The notes under the pieces: model-generated
What the model was told of the DNA's origin: nothing
What the model saw: only the letters and a program-made list of their open reading frames with translations
The model's database searches: none
Program-made: the position numbers and the translations under genes
From: Acidobacteriota bacterium
GTDB lineage: Bacteria > Acidobacteriota > Thermoanaerobaculia > Multivoradales > UBA5704
NCBI GenBank assembly: GCA_040005235.1
Contig: JBDTZG010000016.1
Location: forward strand, 36,066 to 100,065
Reading direction: 5' to 3'
Length of the DNA stretch: 64,000 nt
In this document: positions 39,741 through 51,636 of the stretch, piece by piece
Layout of the letters: every line of letters starts with the position of its first letter
Numbering within the stretch: the stretch's first letter is position 1

Positions 39741-40799
39741 TCAGCGGACGCGGGGGAAGAGGTCGATCACCTGGAGCTTCTCGATACCGACCTGAGAGTT
39801 GCCGTGAACGACGAAGATCTTGTTGTGAGCCCCGGCGAGGGCCAAACCCTGCTGGCTGGTATACGAATACTGGGGGGTCTCGTCGTCCGGAGCATAGACG
39901 GCGAAAACAACGCCGCTCTCGGCATCGAACTCGTAGAGCAGATCGTTCGAAGAATCATTGCCCGGAGCGAGGAACACGGTGCGTCGCTTGGTCGAGAGGG
40001 CGACCGCCGTCGGGTAGGGACCGGTGGACCAGAGCTGTCCGTTTTCAAACGAGGGCGTCGGATAGACCAGGAGGCCATAGGGCGCGCCGCTCGCGACGAA
40101 CAGCCGTGCGGGATCAGTCGAGACCACCATGTCCTGAAGATTCGCGATCGACGTCACGAAGACGCTCAGCTGGGAGAGGAAGATCGGCGCCGCGGCGTAC
40201 TCGACGTCCCAGAGATAGATGGGACTGATCGACAGCCCGCGCTCGCCGAGAAAGAGCCGGCTCCCGCTCTCGTCGGTGCGGAGCAGAGGAAAGTAGAAGG
40301 GGTGAGGGCTCGTCGGATCGTGAAAGGAGGTAAGCACGGTCTGGATTTCGGGATCGAAGACGTAGATCAGAGTGGAAGGAGAAAAGCCCGGTTTGTTCGT
40401 GTTGACGCCGACGAAAAGGGCGCCGGAGCGGTGAAACGCGATCGAGACGACGGAGCCCTTGACGCCGAGAGGCAATGGGTAGTCTCGATACACTCGGGTT
40501 TGGGTGTTCAGAATGCCGACGAAGGGGCCGGCCGCGACGGCCACCCTCGATCCGTCGAGGCTCACGGCGAGGTCCCAGACGCGATCCGCGACCGCATACC
40601 GCGCGGTGACCTCCTCAGTTCGGCTATCGACGACCGCCAGTTGCTGCGCCGCCAAATCCGAAAGATAAAGTTCGGGCAGGACAGGATTGGCGACGAGCGG
40701 TCCCAGAGACTGGCTCGTCGAGCCTTTCACCCAACGGGCGGAGACCGCCGCGGGAATCGAGAGGAGAATGACGAAAGCGAGAGTTGCTCCGCGGCGCAT
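39741..40799 (-). CDS. Secreted YncE-like beta-propeller protein
   Basis: GGAGGG RBS; signal MRRGATLAFVILLSIPAAVSA; blade motifs DLAVSLDGSRVAV, TGPYPTAVALS. Confidence 0.7.
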   Translation of the reverse strand: MRRGATLAFVILLSIPAAVSARWVKGSTSQSLGPLVANPVLPELYLSDLAAQQLAVVDSRTEEVTARYAVADRVWDLAVSLDGSRVAVAAGPFVGILNTQTRVYRDYPLPLGVKGSVVSIAFHRSGALFVGVNTNKPGFSPSTLIYVFDPEIQTVLTSFHDPTSPHPFYFPLLRTDESGSRLFLGERGLSISPIYLWDVEYAAAPIFLSQLSVFVTSIANLQDMVVSTDPARLFVASGAPYGLLVYPTPSFENGQLWSTGPYPTAVALSTKRRTVFLAPGNDSSNDLLYEFDAESGVVFAVYAPDDETPQYSYTSQQGLALAGAHNKIFVVHGNSQVGIEKLQVIDLFPRVR

Positions 40800-40943
40800 G
40801 GTCCATCCCTCCAGGTCCCTCCGAGCGGCTGCCGGAAGGCACCGTCCTGCGGCGGGTTGACCGCAATCTAGCGGCAGCCGCCCCTTGGGTCAAGGGCGGG
40901 GCGACGCTCCTGGCCCGGGCGTTTGCGCCGAGCTCGATCCCAT

Positions 40944-40972
40944 TTGACACGTCTGCATCCGAAGCGCATCAT
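40944..40972 (+). promoter_or_regulatory. Sigma70-like promoter of vapBC, probably leaderless
   Basis: TTGACA-17 nt-CATCAT, then 7 nt to ATG 40980; overlapped by a TGCAT...ATGCA inverted repeat (possible operator). Confidence 0.6.
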
Positions 40973-40979
40973 CATGCAT

Positions 40980-41174
40980 ATGAGAACGACGCTAAATATC
41001 GACGAGCAGCTTCTGGAGAAGGCTGCGCAGCTGACCGGCGTCAGCGAAAAGACGGCGCTCGTCCGCTCTGGCTTGGAGGCGCTCATCGCGCTGGAGAGCG
41101 CGCGACGGCTGGCGAGGCTCGGCGGTACGGAGAAGGATCTCCGTGCGCCTCCTCGCCGCCGTAGCTCCGCCTGA
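40980..41174 (+). CDS. vapB: VapB-family antitoxin
   Basis: MRTTLNIDEQLLEKAAQLTGVSEKTALVRSGLEALI...RRLARLGG; stop overlaps toxin ATG. Confidence 0.9.
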   Translation: MRTTLNIDEQLLEKAAQLTGVSEKTALVRSGLEALIALESARRLARLGGTEKDLRAPPRRRSSA

Positions 41175-41560
41175 TGGTTCTGGTCGACACGTCGGTCTGG
41201 ATCGACCACCTTCGGCAGGGCAACCAGAGGCTGGCTGATTTGTTGATCGCGGGCCGGGTCGTCTGTCATCCCTTCGTCATTGGCGAGGTTGCGTGCGGCA
41301 GTTTGCGAAACCGTGCCGGAATCTTGGGGTTGCTGGCAGCCTTGCCTTCGGCTCCGATGGCCACTCATGAAGAGGTACTTGGGCTTCTCGCCTCGGAGCG
41401 GTTGTATAGCCGTGGCTTGGGTTGGGTCGATGTCCACCTACTTGCTTCCGCGCGTCTTTTGGCTTGCACCTTATGGACATTGGACAAGACCCTTGCGGCG
41501 GTGGGGGCAGCAGCGCCCGCCACTAACCCCGAAGACACGATTGAGCAATCCGAAACTTGA
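41174..41560 (+). CDS. vapC: VapC PIN-domain toxin
   Basis: MVLVDTSVWIDH, HPFVIGE, GLGWVDVHLLASA, LWTLDK. Confidence 0.92.
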   Translation: MVLVDTSVWIDHLRQGNQRLADLLIAGRVVCHPFVIGEVACGSLRNRAGILGLLAALPSAPMATHEEVLGLLASERLYSRGLGWVDVHLLASARLLACTLWTLDKTLAAVGAAAPATNPEDTIEQSET

Positions 41561-41640
41561 ACCGCGCAGGCGTTCTCAGGATCGCTTCGTGAATCGGACC
41601 GCGATTTCAAAGCTCGCCAGCGGCCGTATATTGCGCCGCA

Positions 41641-41898
41641 ATGGCCTGCGGGGTCGGGTCGGTCTATTTCGCGATCGTCGCCGCCTGGATCTGGAGCGAA
41701 CGGCCTTCCGCAATCGACATCGGCCGGCATACGTTCTCCGGCCGGCTGGTCGAAATCTTCGGCCCGGATTGGGCGCGGTCCTCGGGAGTTGGCCTCTTCG
41801 CCGGCCTGGCATTGATCATGGCCTTTGCTGCCGGCCTGCTCGAAAGTCGGCTGTTGCATCGGGGTTCAAGGGCTCGAAGCAGTCGAGCGCGCGGATGA
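41641..41898 (+). CDS. Small two-TM membrane protein (5' end possibly degraded)
   Basis: VYFAIVAAWIW and GVGLFAGLALIMAFAAGLL; similar to the next, frameshifted ORF. Confidence 0.5.
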   Translation: MACGVGSVYFAIVAAWIWSERPSAIDIGRHTFSGRLVEIFGPDWARSSGVGLFAGLALIMAFAAGLLESRLLHRGSRARSSRARG

Positions 41899-41967
41899 TC
41901 TAGGCGACGTGTAGAATTCCGGACAATCGATCTTGTCTTGCAATCTTCCCCGCCGACCGAAGCCGTG

Positions 41968-42322
41968 ATGAAACGCGAATCCAAGGGCCAAGGCGTGGAC
42001 GGCCTCCAGTTCTTCGTCCGGGCTGTCTTCGCGTTTTTCACTGCCTACGCTGCGCGCATCACCTGGCAGAGGCCGTTGGCTGGGTTTCCCTTGACCGGCC
42101 ATCGCTCGGCTGCCGGGCTGGTGCCCTTGATCGGCGCAGAGGGCGGGATGGCTCGTCGATACGTTCGGGTCGGTCTCGGCTCGTCCCGCGGGCATCGCGA
42201 TATTCGCCGGTTTGACGCTCGCGCTGATCGTCGGCGTCGGCTTCGAGATGCGTAGGCTCCGAAACTTCTGGCGCGTACCCAAGCCCGGCAAGCCGGTCCG
42301 CAGCGATTATCCTCCGTCTTGA
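41968..42322 (+). pseudogene. Frameshifted paralogue of the preceding small membrane protein
   Basis: First frame gives [14 protein letters not shown]; a second frame from about 42146 gives [33 protein letters not shown], matching GRLVEIFGPDWARSSGVGLFAGLALIMAF. Confidence 0.55.
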
Positions 42323-42615
42323 ACCGTGGGCGTGGGGGAAAGCTGCGCCTCGGCCAACCTGGCCAACGCTTCTTCGAGCGCCTCGATGCGGATGGGTTTC
42401 AAGAGGTGATGGTGAAACCCCGCCTCCCGCGAATCTTTGGAAATCCGATTCCTGGCCGTACCCGGTGAGGGCGATCAGGTGGATATCGACGAGTCCGGGG
42501 AGGTTGCGCAACCGGGATGCCAGCTCGTAGCCGTCCATCACCGGTAAGCCGATGTCGAGCAGGGCCGCATTCGGCAAGAAATCGGCGGCGATTTGAAGGG
42601 CGGCCGGCGCGTCAG
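42307..42615 (-). pseudogene. Response-regulator receiver domain remnant, 5'-truncated and frameshifted
   Basis: [20 protein letters not shown]...[12 protein letters not shown], then a shifted frame [13 protein letters not shown]. Confidence 0.8.
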
Positions 42616-42618
42616 GGC

Positions 42619-42659
42619 GGCCCGCTCGGAGGGAGGGAGAGCCTCCGTTCGAGCGGGCC
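42619..42659 (-). terminator. GC-rich hairpin just 3' of the first giant gene
   Basis: GGCCCGCTCG...CGAGCGGGCC 10-bp stem; no clear U tract. Confidence 0.45.
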
Positions 42660-42671
42660 GGCAGGGTGGGA

Positions 42672-45600
42672 CTATTCGATCTCGAAACCCATCAATGAAA
42701 CCGGGGTGGTCGTGACGGCGTTGGTGTTGTTGGCCATGTTCGGGTCGAATTCATTGGCGGTGACCATCGCCGTGTTCGCCACCGATCCGCCGACCGTCTT
42801 GGTCACCGTCAGGTCGACCGTGATGCTGCTTCCTCCCTCAATGCTCCCGAAGGAGCAGGTGACGGTCGTCGTTCCCGAGCAGATCCCCGGCGAGCTCGGC
42901 ACGGCGGAGACCAAGGTGACTCCGGCGGGTAGGGTGTCGGTAATGATGACGCCGTTGGCGCTGTTGATGACGCTGGCGGGGCTCAAGTTCGTGGCGACGA
43001 TGACGTAGTGGAAGTTCAAACCGACGGCCACCGGTTCCTGGGTGGTGATCTTGGTCAGGGCCATGTCGGCAAAAGCCGCCGACGGATTGAGGACCACACT
43101 CGCCGCGTCGTTGCCGGTGACTAGATCTTGTTCGGTCGCCGCGGTCTTGGTGAACGTCTGGATCACCGTCGCCGCCACCGTGTTCGTCATGGTGAGCGAG
43201 AGCGTCGCCGATGCGCCCGCGGCGAGCGTTCCGATGCTCCAGGTTCCGGTACCCGGGGTGTAGGTCCCCTGGGACGGGCCGGAAGAGACGAAGCTGAGCC
43301 CCGCGGGCAGATTGCTGTTGAGGCTCACCCCGGTAGCGGTCGAAGGTCCGGCGTTCCTCGCCGTCACCGTGAAGACGACGTTCTGGCTGACAGCCGGCGT
43401 GCTGTTGTCGACCGTCTCCGAAACCTGAATGTCGATCAGCGGCATTCCGTTCAAATTCACCGCGGCCGTGTTGTTGCTGCCCTTGGTGTCGCCCCCGCTC
43501 TGGCCGGTCGAGGTGGCCTGGTTCACCTGCGACTGCACACGGTTGACCGTCGCGGTCAAGGTGAGGGTTGCCGTCGCGCCGTTGGCGAGCGAGCCGATAG
43601 TCCAGATCCCCGTGCCGCTGACGTAGCTTCCGGTGGACGGGGTCGCCGAGACGAAGGCCAGGCCGACCGGTAGCAGGTCGTTCACTTGGACGCTGGTCGC
43701 ATCCGACGGGCCGTTGTTGGCCGCGGTGATCGTGAAGATGATGTTCGTCGCAAGCGGCGGTGCGGCGTTGTCGACGCCCTTGCTGATCGCGATGTCGTTA
43801 CGGACCACCAGCGTGTCGGTATCGGTCGAGGTGTTGTTGCCCGGGGTCGGGTCGGAGTTGGGACCGGTAACCGTCGCCGTGTTCGAGAGCGAGCCGGTCG
43901 CCGAGGAGGTGATCGAGCAAACGGCGGTGTAAGTGACCGAAGCGCCGGTCGGCAAGGTCGCCGCGTCGCTGATGTTGCCGGAGCCTACCGAGGTGCAGAC
44001 GCCGCCGCCCGCGCCGACGCAGGTCCAGTTGCAGGTGAGCGAGGCATCGAAGGTATCGGCCACCGTCGCGGTGGAGCTCGACGGCCCCGCGTTGCTCGCC
44101 AGGATCGTGTAGGTGGTGGTGCCGCCGGGGGTGGCGGTGAGCGTACCGTCGCTCTTGCCGATCGAGAGGTCGGACGAAGCCGCCAGGGTGTCGGTGTCGG
44201 TCGCACTGTTGTTGTCCGGCGTCGGATCAGTGGACACGCCGGTGACGGTCGCCGTGTTGATGAGAGAACCGGTCGCCGAGGGCGAGATCGAGCAGGAAGC
44301 CGTGTAAGTGACGGAACCGCCCGCGGGCAGGGTCACCGACTGGTTGATGTTGCCGGAGCCGGAGGCGGTGCAGGTGCCGCCGCCCGCGCCGACGCAGGTC
44401 CAGGTGCAGGTGAGCGAGGCATCGAAGGTATCGGCCACCGTCGCCGAGGTATTCGACGGCCCGGCATTGCTCGCCGTGATCGTGTACGTGGTGCTGCCGC
44501 CCGGGGTATAGGTCGCAACACCGTCGGTCTTGGTGATCGAGGCATCTGCCGAAGCCGTCAACGTGTCGACGTCCGTGGCGCTGTTGTTGCCCGGGGTCGG
44601 GTCGGTTGCGGCGCCACCCACCGTCGCCGTGTTGGAGAGCGAACCGGTGGCCGCGGCCGAGATCGAGCAGGAGGCAGTGTAAACGACCGAGCCGCTGCTC
44701 GGCAGAGTGACCGAATCATTGATGTTGCCGGAGCCCGAAGCGGTGCAGGTACCGCCGCCCGCGCCGACACAGGTCCAGGTGCAGGTGAGGGTGGCGGGGA
44801 AGGTGTCGGCCACAGTGCCGGTGGTGTTCGACGGCCCGGCGTTGCTGGCCGTTATCGTGTAGGTCGTGCTGCCGCCGGGAGTTGCCGTCGCCACGCCGTC
44901 GGTCTTGGCGATCGCGAGGTCGGCCAAAGGCGTCAGGGTGTCGGTGTCGGTCGCACTGTTGTTGCCCGGCGTCGGATCAGTGGCCACGCCGGTGACGGTC
45001 GCCGTGTTGATGAGGGAACCGGTCGCCGAGGGGGAGATCGAGCAGGAAGCCGTGTAAGTAACGGAACCGCCCGAAAGCAGGGTCACCGACTGGTTGATGT
45101 TGCCGGAGCCGGAGGCGGTGCAGGTGCCGCCGCCCGCGCCGACGCAGGTCCAGGTGCAGGTGAGCGAGGCATCGAAGGTATCGGCCACCGTCGCCGAGGT
45201 ATTCGACGGCCCGGCATTGCTCGCCGTGATCGTGTACGTGGTGCTGCCGCCCGGGGTATAGGTCGCAACACCGTCGGTCTTGGTGATCGAGGCATCTGCC
45301 GAAGCCGTCAACGTGTCGACGTCCGTGGCGCTGTTGTTGCCCGGGGTCGGGTCGGTTGCGGCGCCACCCACCGTCGCCGTGTTGGAGAGCGAACCGGTGG
45401 CCGCGGCCGAGATCGAGCAGGAGGCCGTGTAAACGACCGAGCCACCGGCCGCCAAAGTTGCCGCGTCGTTGATATTGCCGGAGCCCGAGGCGGTGCAGGC
45501 GCCGCCGCCCGCGCCGACGCAGGTCCAGGTGCAGGTGAGCGAGGCGGGGAAGGTGTCGGCCACCGTGGCGGTGGTGTTCGACGGCCCGGCGTTGCTGGCC

Positions 45601-48600
45601 GTCATCGTGTAGGTCGTGCTGCCGCCGGGGGTCGCGTTGGCCACACCGTCGGTCTTGGTGACGCTCAAGTCGGCCGAAGGCGTCAGGGTGTCGATATCCG
45701 TCGCACTGTTGTTGCCCGGGGTCGGGTCGGAGGCGGCGCCCGTGACCGTCGCCGTGTTGGAGAGCGAACCGGTGGCCGCGGCCGAAATCGAGCACGAGGC
45801 CGTGTAAACGACCGAGCCGCCGGCCGGCAATGTTGCCGCGTCGTTGATGTTGCCTGAGCCCGCGGCGGTGCAGGCGCCGCCGCCCGCGCCGACGCAAGTC
45901 CAGGTGCAGGTGAGGGTGGCCGGGAAGGTATCGGCGACCGTACCGGAGGTGTTCGACGGCCCGGCGTTGTCGGCCGTAATCGTGTAGGTTGTGCCGCCGC
46001 CAGGGGTCACCGCGGTGATGCCGTCGGTCTTCGTGATCCCGAGATTCGCCGAGGCTGCAAGGGTGTCGGTATCCGTCGCGCTGTTGTTGCCCGGGGTCGG
46101 ATCGGTGGCAGCTCCGGTCACCGTCGCCGTATTGGAGAGCGAACCGGTGGCGCCCGCCGAAATGTTGCACGAGGTGGTGTAGGTGACCGACCCGCCAACC
46201 GGCAAGGTCACCGAGTCGCTGATGTTGCCGGCGCCCGCCGCCGTGCAGGTGCCGCCGCCCGCGCCGACGCAGGTCCAGATGCCGGTGAGGGTGGCCGGGA
46301 AGGTGTCGGCCACCGTGGCGGTGGTATTCGACGGCCCGGCGTTGCTCGCCGTGATCGTATAGGTCGTGCTGCCGCCGGGGGTCGCGGTCGTCACTCCGTC
46401 GGTCTTGCTGATCACTAGATCGGCCATGGCGGTCAGGGTGTCAGTATCCGTCGCGCTGTTGTTGGCGGGGGTAGGATCGCCTGCGACACCGTTCACCGTT
46501 GCCGTATTGGAGAGCGTACCGGTTGCCAAGACCGAGATCGCGCACGAGGCCGTATACGTGACCGATCCGCCGGCAGGCAGGGTCACCGCATCGCTGATGT
46601 TTCCGGAGCCCGCAGCGGTGCAGGTGCCGCCGCCCGCGCCAACGCAGGTCCAGGTGCAGGTGAGGATGGCGGGGAAGGTGTCTGCCACCGTCCCGGTCGT
46701 GCCTCCCGGTCCTGCATTCGAGGCCGTGATCGTGTAGGTCGTGCTGCCGCCGGGGGTGGCAGTCGTCACTCCGTCGGTCTTGGTGACGCTTAAGTCGGCG
46801 ACCACCTCATCCGCGCCGATGGACGGCGCCGTCAGCGAACGGGTGTCGTTGTCGATGTCGACGGTCACACCGGCGATCGGAACGCCCGCCGAGGCCAGCG
46901 TGCTGGTCGGCTGCAGGTGAAGGTCGTTGTTGGTGAGGTAGGGCACTGCGGCCGTAGAGGCCTGCGACGCGTTGTCGTTCGTCCCGGCCGGCGACAGCGT
47001 GCTCGAATAGGCCGCGAGAGCCGCGAGAGTGGTGAAGAAGTTGGTCCCCGCCGTGGTTCCGGCCTGGCCTACGCCTTGCCGTGCGGCGTCGGTGCCGAAG
47101 AAGTAGGCGTTGTTGTTCCAGGTGAGGTTCATCGCCGACGTGCCGCCGGACGGCAGGAACGCGGAGACGTGGGCAATCGAGGTCGTGCCGCCGGTGATGT
47201 TGTTGGCGAAGATGTTGTCGCGCACATCGCAGCCGGTGGAGGTCGTGGCGACCAGACCGAACGCCGCCGTCAACAAGCTGGTGGCCGCCGTGCCGGGCAG
47301 CGCGCCGTAGAGGTTCACGGAGTTGAAATAGATTTTGTGGCCGGTGCCCGCTCCGACGCGAATGCCGAACACGCCGAAGGTGGTCGAAAAGGCGCCGCCG
47401 CCCGTCATGTTGAAGCTGACGTTGCTGACGAAGTTGTTCTTGACGGTGATGTTGTTGCCGCCGCTGAGGTCGATCCCGTAGGCACCGAAGGTTCCGGTGC
47501 TGGTGTTGATGATGCCCTGGACGTTGTTCTTTTCGATCGTCAGATCGGACGTCGCGCCGGACACCGCGATGCCGCGCACCGCCGACGTCGTCGGCGTTCC
47601 GTTGCTCGAGATGTCGCTCACGTTGTTGCCGGTGATGACGTTGTTCGTCGACGCGACGCTACTCGTCACGTTGATGCCGATCGGCGTGAACGTGCTCGTG
47701 CCGGTGTAACCGATCCCCGAAACCGTATTGCCGGAGACGGTCGCGTTGATCGTGCCGGTCGCGAGCCAGATGCCGACGTCGCTCTCGTCATTGGCCTTGT
47801 CGATGTTGCCGACGGTATTGTTGGAGACCGTCGCGCCATTTACGCCCTGCATGTAGAGGGCCACATCGCGGATGGCGTTGGCGCCGCTCGTGTTGACCTT
47901 GTTCTGGGTGTAGACGAGGTTCGAGCCGCCTTGCGGCGTCGTGCCACCGGTCGCGAACACGCCGACGAAGGCTTTCTGCACGTCGTTGTTCTGGATCGTG
48001 ATGTTGGAGAACAGGCCCGCGTTGCCCGCGACCGTCGCATCCGAGATGACGACCGCGGAGCTAGTGTTGGCCCCGTTGATCACCACGCAGTTCTTCAAGG
48101 TGTCGTTGGTGATTGGCGTGGCACCGACCGAGCCGAAGAGCACGACGCTCGGGGACGTGACGCTGGTGTTGGTGATCGTCAGGCTGCGATCCGTGCCAGT
48201 GCCGCCGATCGAGCCGTCGATCGTGACTCGGCTCGAGCCGTTCATGCGAATCAGTGCGCCGGCAAAGGCGCCTGTGATCGCCCGGGCGACGCCGGTCGGA
48301 TAGATCTTGACCGTGAAGTTGCTGCCCGCCGGCTGCTCGGAGAGCGCGTTCAGGCCGTTCGTACCGTCTTCGCCCACGACCAAGTCGCCGGCGATCTGGA
48401 TCTCGACGTTGCCGGTGGCGACGCCGATGTTGATGGCACCGAAGATGCCGGTGGCGCCGGTCAATGTCGGGAAATCGCAACCCGAAGCGCAAACCGTCTT
48501 GATCCCGCTGATGGGCGCTGAGATGAGATAACTGTTCGGCGTAGTGGGGGGTGTCGCCGCCGCCGGCGGGTTGGCCGTGAAGCCGCCAGCGCCCGCGACC

Positions 48601-51374
48601 GGATTCGTGGTGACGTTCGGTGTCGCCGCTCCGTCCTGAGCCGCTACGTAGTATTGAATCGTGTCGCCCGTGGTGACGCTGCCGCCCGCCACCAGCGCGT
48701 AATTGATCGTGAAGGTGTAGCTGCCGCCACCGCCGGACGTTGCTTGAGTCGAGGCCAAGGCTCCGGCGATTCCTTTGCGGAAATAGATCACGGGGAGCCC
48801 GACTCCGGTGGTGGGCACACCGCTGCCGACGTCCGTGATGGTCGCCGGGAGAGTGCGGTTGGAGGTGCTGGTCGTATTGCCGAGGGGCGTATACGAAATG
48901 ATCGGCGGAGCGAAATCGATGCCGTTGAAGTTGCCCGCGTCCGCGCCGATATCGGTGGGCGTGAAGCTGGCGCGGGTCTGCCCGTCGAAATCGTCCGTCA
49001 CGCCGACATCCGTGCCGTTGGCTTCGATCACCGTCACGTTGGTCGGATGGATATGGAGATCGGGCGTGGCATTGGTCGGGTCGTTGTACTGAGGATTGCT
49101 CTCAAAGCTGGCCGCGTCCTGGCCGACGGCAGTTTTCCATGCGGCCAGATTCGGCACGTCCAACGAGTTGAAGAAGCCGAAGTTGGCGCCCGTGCCGTTG
49201 GCAAAATAGACGTTATTGTTGATGGTCAGGCCGGCGGGATTGGGAGCCGTGCCGTTGATCTTCACGGCGTAGTTCTTGCCCGTCGCGCCGCCGTTGCTGC
49301 GGGCGTTCCAAAAGATGTTGTCCCGGAAGCTGCGGGTGTTTATCGTCTGAGTGCCGTTGAAGGCGTAGGAGGCGCCGGTGCCGGCGGACGGACTGCCGCC
49401 GATGTAGACGCTGTTGTGGAAGAAGCTGTTCGTGCCGAGCGCCTCGTTGATGCCGTTGATGCCGGTGGTGCCGGCGTTGGTCGCGGCCGCACCGATCGCA
49501 TTGGCAGTGCCGGCCCCGATCGCGATCATGTTGTTGCGGTAGATCGTCGTGCCGCCTGCCACCCGGATGCCGTTGACTTCAGCTACCGTGCTGTTGGTCG
49601 CCACGGTGAGGCCGTAAATCAAGTTCCGCTCGACCAAATTCGCCGTGGCTCCGGTGAACTGAATGCCGGTGACGACCGACGCTCCGGCCGCGTTGGTATT
49701 CGTCAGGTTCGCGATCGTGTTTCGCGACAGGGTGTGGGTCGGCGTGGCCGTCGCAATGCCGATGCCGATCACCGAAGCCGCGGTCGTCGTACCGGTGCCG
49801 ATATTGGTGGTCAAATTTCTGACTGTGTTCGAAGTGAACAGAGCCGGCGCAATTCCTGTAAACATGCCCTCGACCTGCGAAGCCGTTCCTGTCGCACTGA
49901 GTTGGATCGAGTTGGCGACCGTGCCGCCAACATTGTTGGAGGTCGCCGACCAAGTTGTTGCAGAGGCGGTATTGGCTCTCATCCCAAAGACAACGAAAGT
50001 ACCTGACGCCGCGAGGTTCGTGACCGAAATGCCACCGACGTTGTTGCTATTCGACGTCCAGGCATTCGAGCTGAAATTGTAAATGCCGTAGATGTCGGTG
50101 GCCGTCGTGGTCGTCGTCGAAAGCGTCAATGAACCTGTGACCGATTGGCTGCCGATGGTGTTGCCGTTCGTGATTCCGTTGCCTTCTTGAAACAAGATAC
50201 CGATAAATGGGCTACCCGTGGAGGTGCCGGAGCTGGTTACCCCGGTCATGCTAACCGCTGCCACGGTGTTGTTGTTCACGTTCGTGGTGGTTCCGGCGAT
50301 GATTCCGTTGAACAGAATGCCGATGAATCTACCGGTCGAACCGGTTAAGGTATAGACACCGGTCTGCGTGTTGGACGCAAACCCGACGATGTTGCCGGTG
50401 ATGGTGAAGGCTTGCGCTCCGCTGGTGGCGGTCGTGCCTTGGATATTGATCGCGTTGTGCAGCGCCCCGGTGGTCCAGGTGCGAGTGCCCGTCTGGTAGA
50501 ACCGGTTGTTGGTGATCGACCAGGTGTTGCAGCCGGCGTTGGTCGCGATGCCCGCGCTGGTCACCGCCGCGCCGAAGTAGTCGAAAATATTGTTGTTGAT
50601 GATGATGATGCCGCTGTTGCCGATTGCCATCGTCGTGGTCGAACCGTTGCCCAGGATGGCCTTGCTCGGCAGGTTCGCGCCCGCGGGAGCGATGTCGTTG
50701 TTCGAGATCGTGTTGTTGTCGTTGCCGTTGGCGGTCACAGCGTCGGTGGAAAAGAAGATCGTCCCGCCGTTGGTTGCAACCGACGCAGAGGACGAGCCTT
50801 GAAGGATCGAATTGGTGATCGAGTTGTTCGTGGCTCCGCCGATGAACCGGATCGTCGATGTGCCCGAGGTTGCCGAGGCGGTCGTGTTGGCGATCGTGAG
50901 CGAATTGCCGCCGGTCTTCAGGCCGTCGATCGTGACGTTGTCGGCGCCGTTGAAATCGATCAGCGGACTGCCCGCGGCGATCGCCCCGGAGATCGTTCTC
51001 GCCGCGCCGCCGGTCGGCGAGATGGCGATCGTGGTGTAGACGGCGGCTCCCGCGCCGCTCGCGTTCAGGACCGCTGGCGCCGCCTCGGTGGTGTTGCCGC
51101 TGATGCCAATGGTGATCGTTGCCTGGTGGGTGCCAGCGTTGATGGCGTCGAAGGCGCCCTTGAGCGTCGTGTAGCTCGCGGCGAGAGTGCCGGCCGTGGC
51201 GGTTACGTTGACCTGGGCCGAGGCGAAGGAGGCCCCGAACAGCGACAAGACGAAGAAGCTCACCCGAAGGGCCAGGTGCCGCGGCGGTGCCGCCGCCCTG
51301 GGGCCCCTGCGGAATGCGCCTGAGATGTGAGGATAGGACTCAACGGCCGCGGCCGAGCGAACAGTGGAGATCAT
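42672..51374 (-). CDS. Giant secreted surface protein A (about 2900 aa): Asn/Thr/Gly-rich beta-helix-like regions plus 11 DUF11-type repeats
   Basis: GAAAGG then ATG 51374; signal ending ASA/Q; eight ~125-aa DLxITKTDG...CTWTC...[13 protein letters not shown] repeats plus three other DUF11-like units; ends [12 protein letters not shown]. Confidence 0.92.
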   Translation of the reverse strand: MISTVRSAAAVESYPHISGAFRRGPRAAAPPRHLALRVSFFVLSLFGASFASAQVNVTATAGTLAASYTTLKGAFDAINAGTHQATITIGISGNTTEAAPAVLNASGAGAAVYTTIAISPTGGAARTISGAIAAGSPLIDFNGADNVTIDGLKTGGNSLTIANTTASATSGTSTIRFIGGATNNSITNSILQGSSSASVATNGGTIFFSTDAVTANGNDNNTISNNDIAPAGANLPSKAILGNGSTTTMAIGNSGIIIINNNIFDYFGAAVTSAGIATNAGCNTWSITNNRFYQTGTRTWTTGALHNAINIQGTTATSGAQAFTITGNIVGFASNTQTGVYTLTGSTGRFIGILFNGIIAGTTTNVNNNTVAAVSMTGVTSSGTSTGSPFIGILFQEGNGITNGNTIGSQSVTGSLTLSTTTTTATDIYGIYNFSSNAWTSNSNNVGGISVTNLAASGTFVVFGMRANTASATTWSATSNNVGGTVANSIQLSATGTASQVEGMFTGIAPALFTSNTVRNLTTNIGTGTTTAASVIGIGIATATPTHTLSRNTIANLTNTNAAGASVVTGIQFTGATANLVERNLIYGLTVATNSTVAEVNGIRVAGGTTIYRNNMIAIGAGTANAIGAAATNAGTTGINGINEALGTNSFFHNSVYIGGSPSAGTGASYAFNGTQTINTRSFRDNIFWNARSNGGATGKNYAVKINGTAPNPAGLTINNNVYFANGTGANFGFFNSLDVPNLAAWKTAVGQDAASFESNPQYNDPTNATPDLHIHPTNVTVIEANGTDVGVTDDFDGQTRASFTPTDIGADAGNFNGIDFAPPIISYTPLGNTTSTSNRTLPATITDVGSGVPTTGVGLPVIYFRKGIAGALASTQATSGGGGSYTFTINYALVAGGSVTTGDTIQYYVAAQDGAATPNVTTNPVAGAGGFTANPPAAATPPTTPNSYLISAPISGIKTVCASGCDFPTLTGATGIFGAINIGVATGNVEIQIAGDLVVGEDGTNGLNALSEQPAGSNFTVKIYPTGVARAITGAFAGALIRMNGSSRVTIDGSIGGTGTDRSLTITNTSVTSPSVVLFGSVGATPITNDTLKNCVVINGANTSSAVVISDATVAGNAGLFSNITIQNNDVQKAFVGVFATGGTTPQGGSNLVYTQNKVNTSGANAIRDVALYMQGVNGATVSNNTVGNIDKANDESDVGIWLATGTINATVSGNTVSGIGYTGTSTFTPIGINVTSSVASTNNVITGNNVSDISSNGTPTTSAVRGIAVSGATSDLTIEKNNVQGIINTSTGTFGAYGIDLSGGNNITVKNNFVSNVSFNMTGGGAFSTTFGVFGIRVGAGTGHKIYFNSVNLYGALPGTAATSLLTAAFGLVATTSTGCDVRDNIFANNITGGTTSIAHVSAFLPSGGTSAMNLTWNNNAYFFGTDAARQGVGQAGTTAGTNFFTTLAALAAYSSTLSPAGTNDNASQASTAAVPYLTNNDLHLQPTSTLASAGVPIAGVTVDIDNDTRSLTAPSIGADEVVADLSVTKTDGVTTATPGGSTTYTITASNAGPGGTTGTVADTFPAILTCTWTCVGAGGGTCTAAGSGNISDAVTLPAGGSVTYTASCAISVLATGTLSNTATVNGVAGDPTPANNSATDTDTLTAMADLVISKTDGVTTATPGGSTTYTITASNAGPSNTTATVADTFPATLTGIWTCVGAGGGTCTAAGAGNISDSVTLPVGGSVTYTTSCNISAGATGSLSNTATVTGAATDPTPGNNSATDTDTLAASANLGITKTDGITAVTPGGGTTYTITADNAGPSNTSGTVADTFPATLTCTWTCVGAGGGACTAAGSGNINDAATLPAGGSVVYTASCSISAAATGSLSNTATVTGAASDPTPGNNSATDIDTLTPSADLSVTKTDGVANATPGGSTTYTMTASNAGPSNTTATVADTFPASLTCTWTCVGAGGGACTASGSGNINDAATLAAGGSVVYTASCSISAAATGSLSNTATVGGAATDPTPGNNSATDVDTLTASADASITKTDGVATYTPGGSTTYTITASNAGPSNTSATVADTFDASLTCTWTCVGAGGGTCTASGSGNINQSVTLLSGGSVTYTASCSISPSATGSLINTATVTGVATDPTPGNNSATDTDTLTPLADLAIAKTDGVATATPGGSTTYTITASNAGPSNTTGTVADTFPATLTCTWTCVGAGGGTCTASGSGNINDSVTLPSSGSVVYTASCSISAAATGSLSNTATVGGAATDPTPGNNSATDVDTLTASADASITKTDGVATYTPGGSTTYTITASNAGPSNTSATVADTFDASLTCTWTCVGAGGGTCTASGSGNINQSVTLPAGGSVTYTASCSISPSATGSLINTATVTGVSTDPTPDNNSATDTDTLAASSDLSIGKSDGTLTATPGGTTTYTILASNAGPSSSTATVADTFDASLTCNWTCVGAGGGVCTSVGSGNISDAATLPTGASVTYTAVCSITSSATGSLSNTATVTGPNSDPTPGNNTSTDTDTLVVRNDIAISKGVDNAAPPLATNIIFTITAANNGPSDATSVQVNDLLPVGLAFVSATPSTGSYVSGTGIWTIGSLANGATATLTLTATVNRVQSQVNQATSTGQSGGDTKGSNNTAAVNLNGMPLIDIQVSETVDNSTPAVSQNVVFTVTARNAGPSTATGVSLNSNLPAGLSFVSSGPSQGTYTPGTGTWSIGTLAAGASATLSLTMTNTVAATVIQTFTKTAATEQDLVTGNDAASVVLNPSAAFADMALTKITTQEPVAVGLNFHYVIVATNLSPASVINSANGVIITDTLPAGVTLVSAVPSSPGICSGTTTVTCSFGSIEGGSSITVDLTVTKTVGGSVANTAMVTANEFDPNMANNTNAVTTTPVSLMGFEIE
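44327..45425. repeat. Identical 349-bp direct repeat (44327..44675 and 45077..45425)
   Basis: Identical by line comparison at a 750-bp offset, equal to two 375-bp repeat units. Confidence 0.85.
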
Positions 51375-51577
51375 GGCGCCTTTCTCAAAAGACGTGGCTG
51401 ACGTTTTGTCGCCCCGGTGGATCGGACGGCCCTCGCCCTCTGTGGGACGAAAACCACCCGGCACGGTGACCGCGGCGGACCCCTACACGCGCGATTCGGT
51501 TGTAATGAAACACGGCAAGGATATAGCAGATCGGGAGGGCGCCACAGGGGAACTCTGGGTAGCCTCCGAAACGCGAA

Positions 51578-51603
51578 CCGCCGGGCCCTTTCGGACCCGG
51601 CGG
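51578..51603 (-). terminator. Hairpin 3' of the second giant gene
   Basis: CCGCCGGGCCC-TTTC-GGACCCGGCGG, near-perfect stem. Confidence 0.5.
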
Positions 51604-51636
51604 CGCGCTTCGAACGGCTGTAGTACGCCTACTTGA

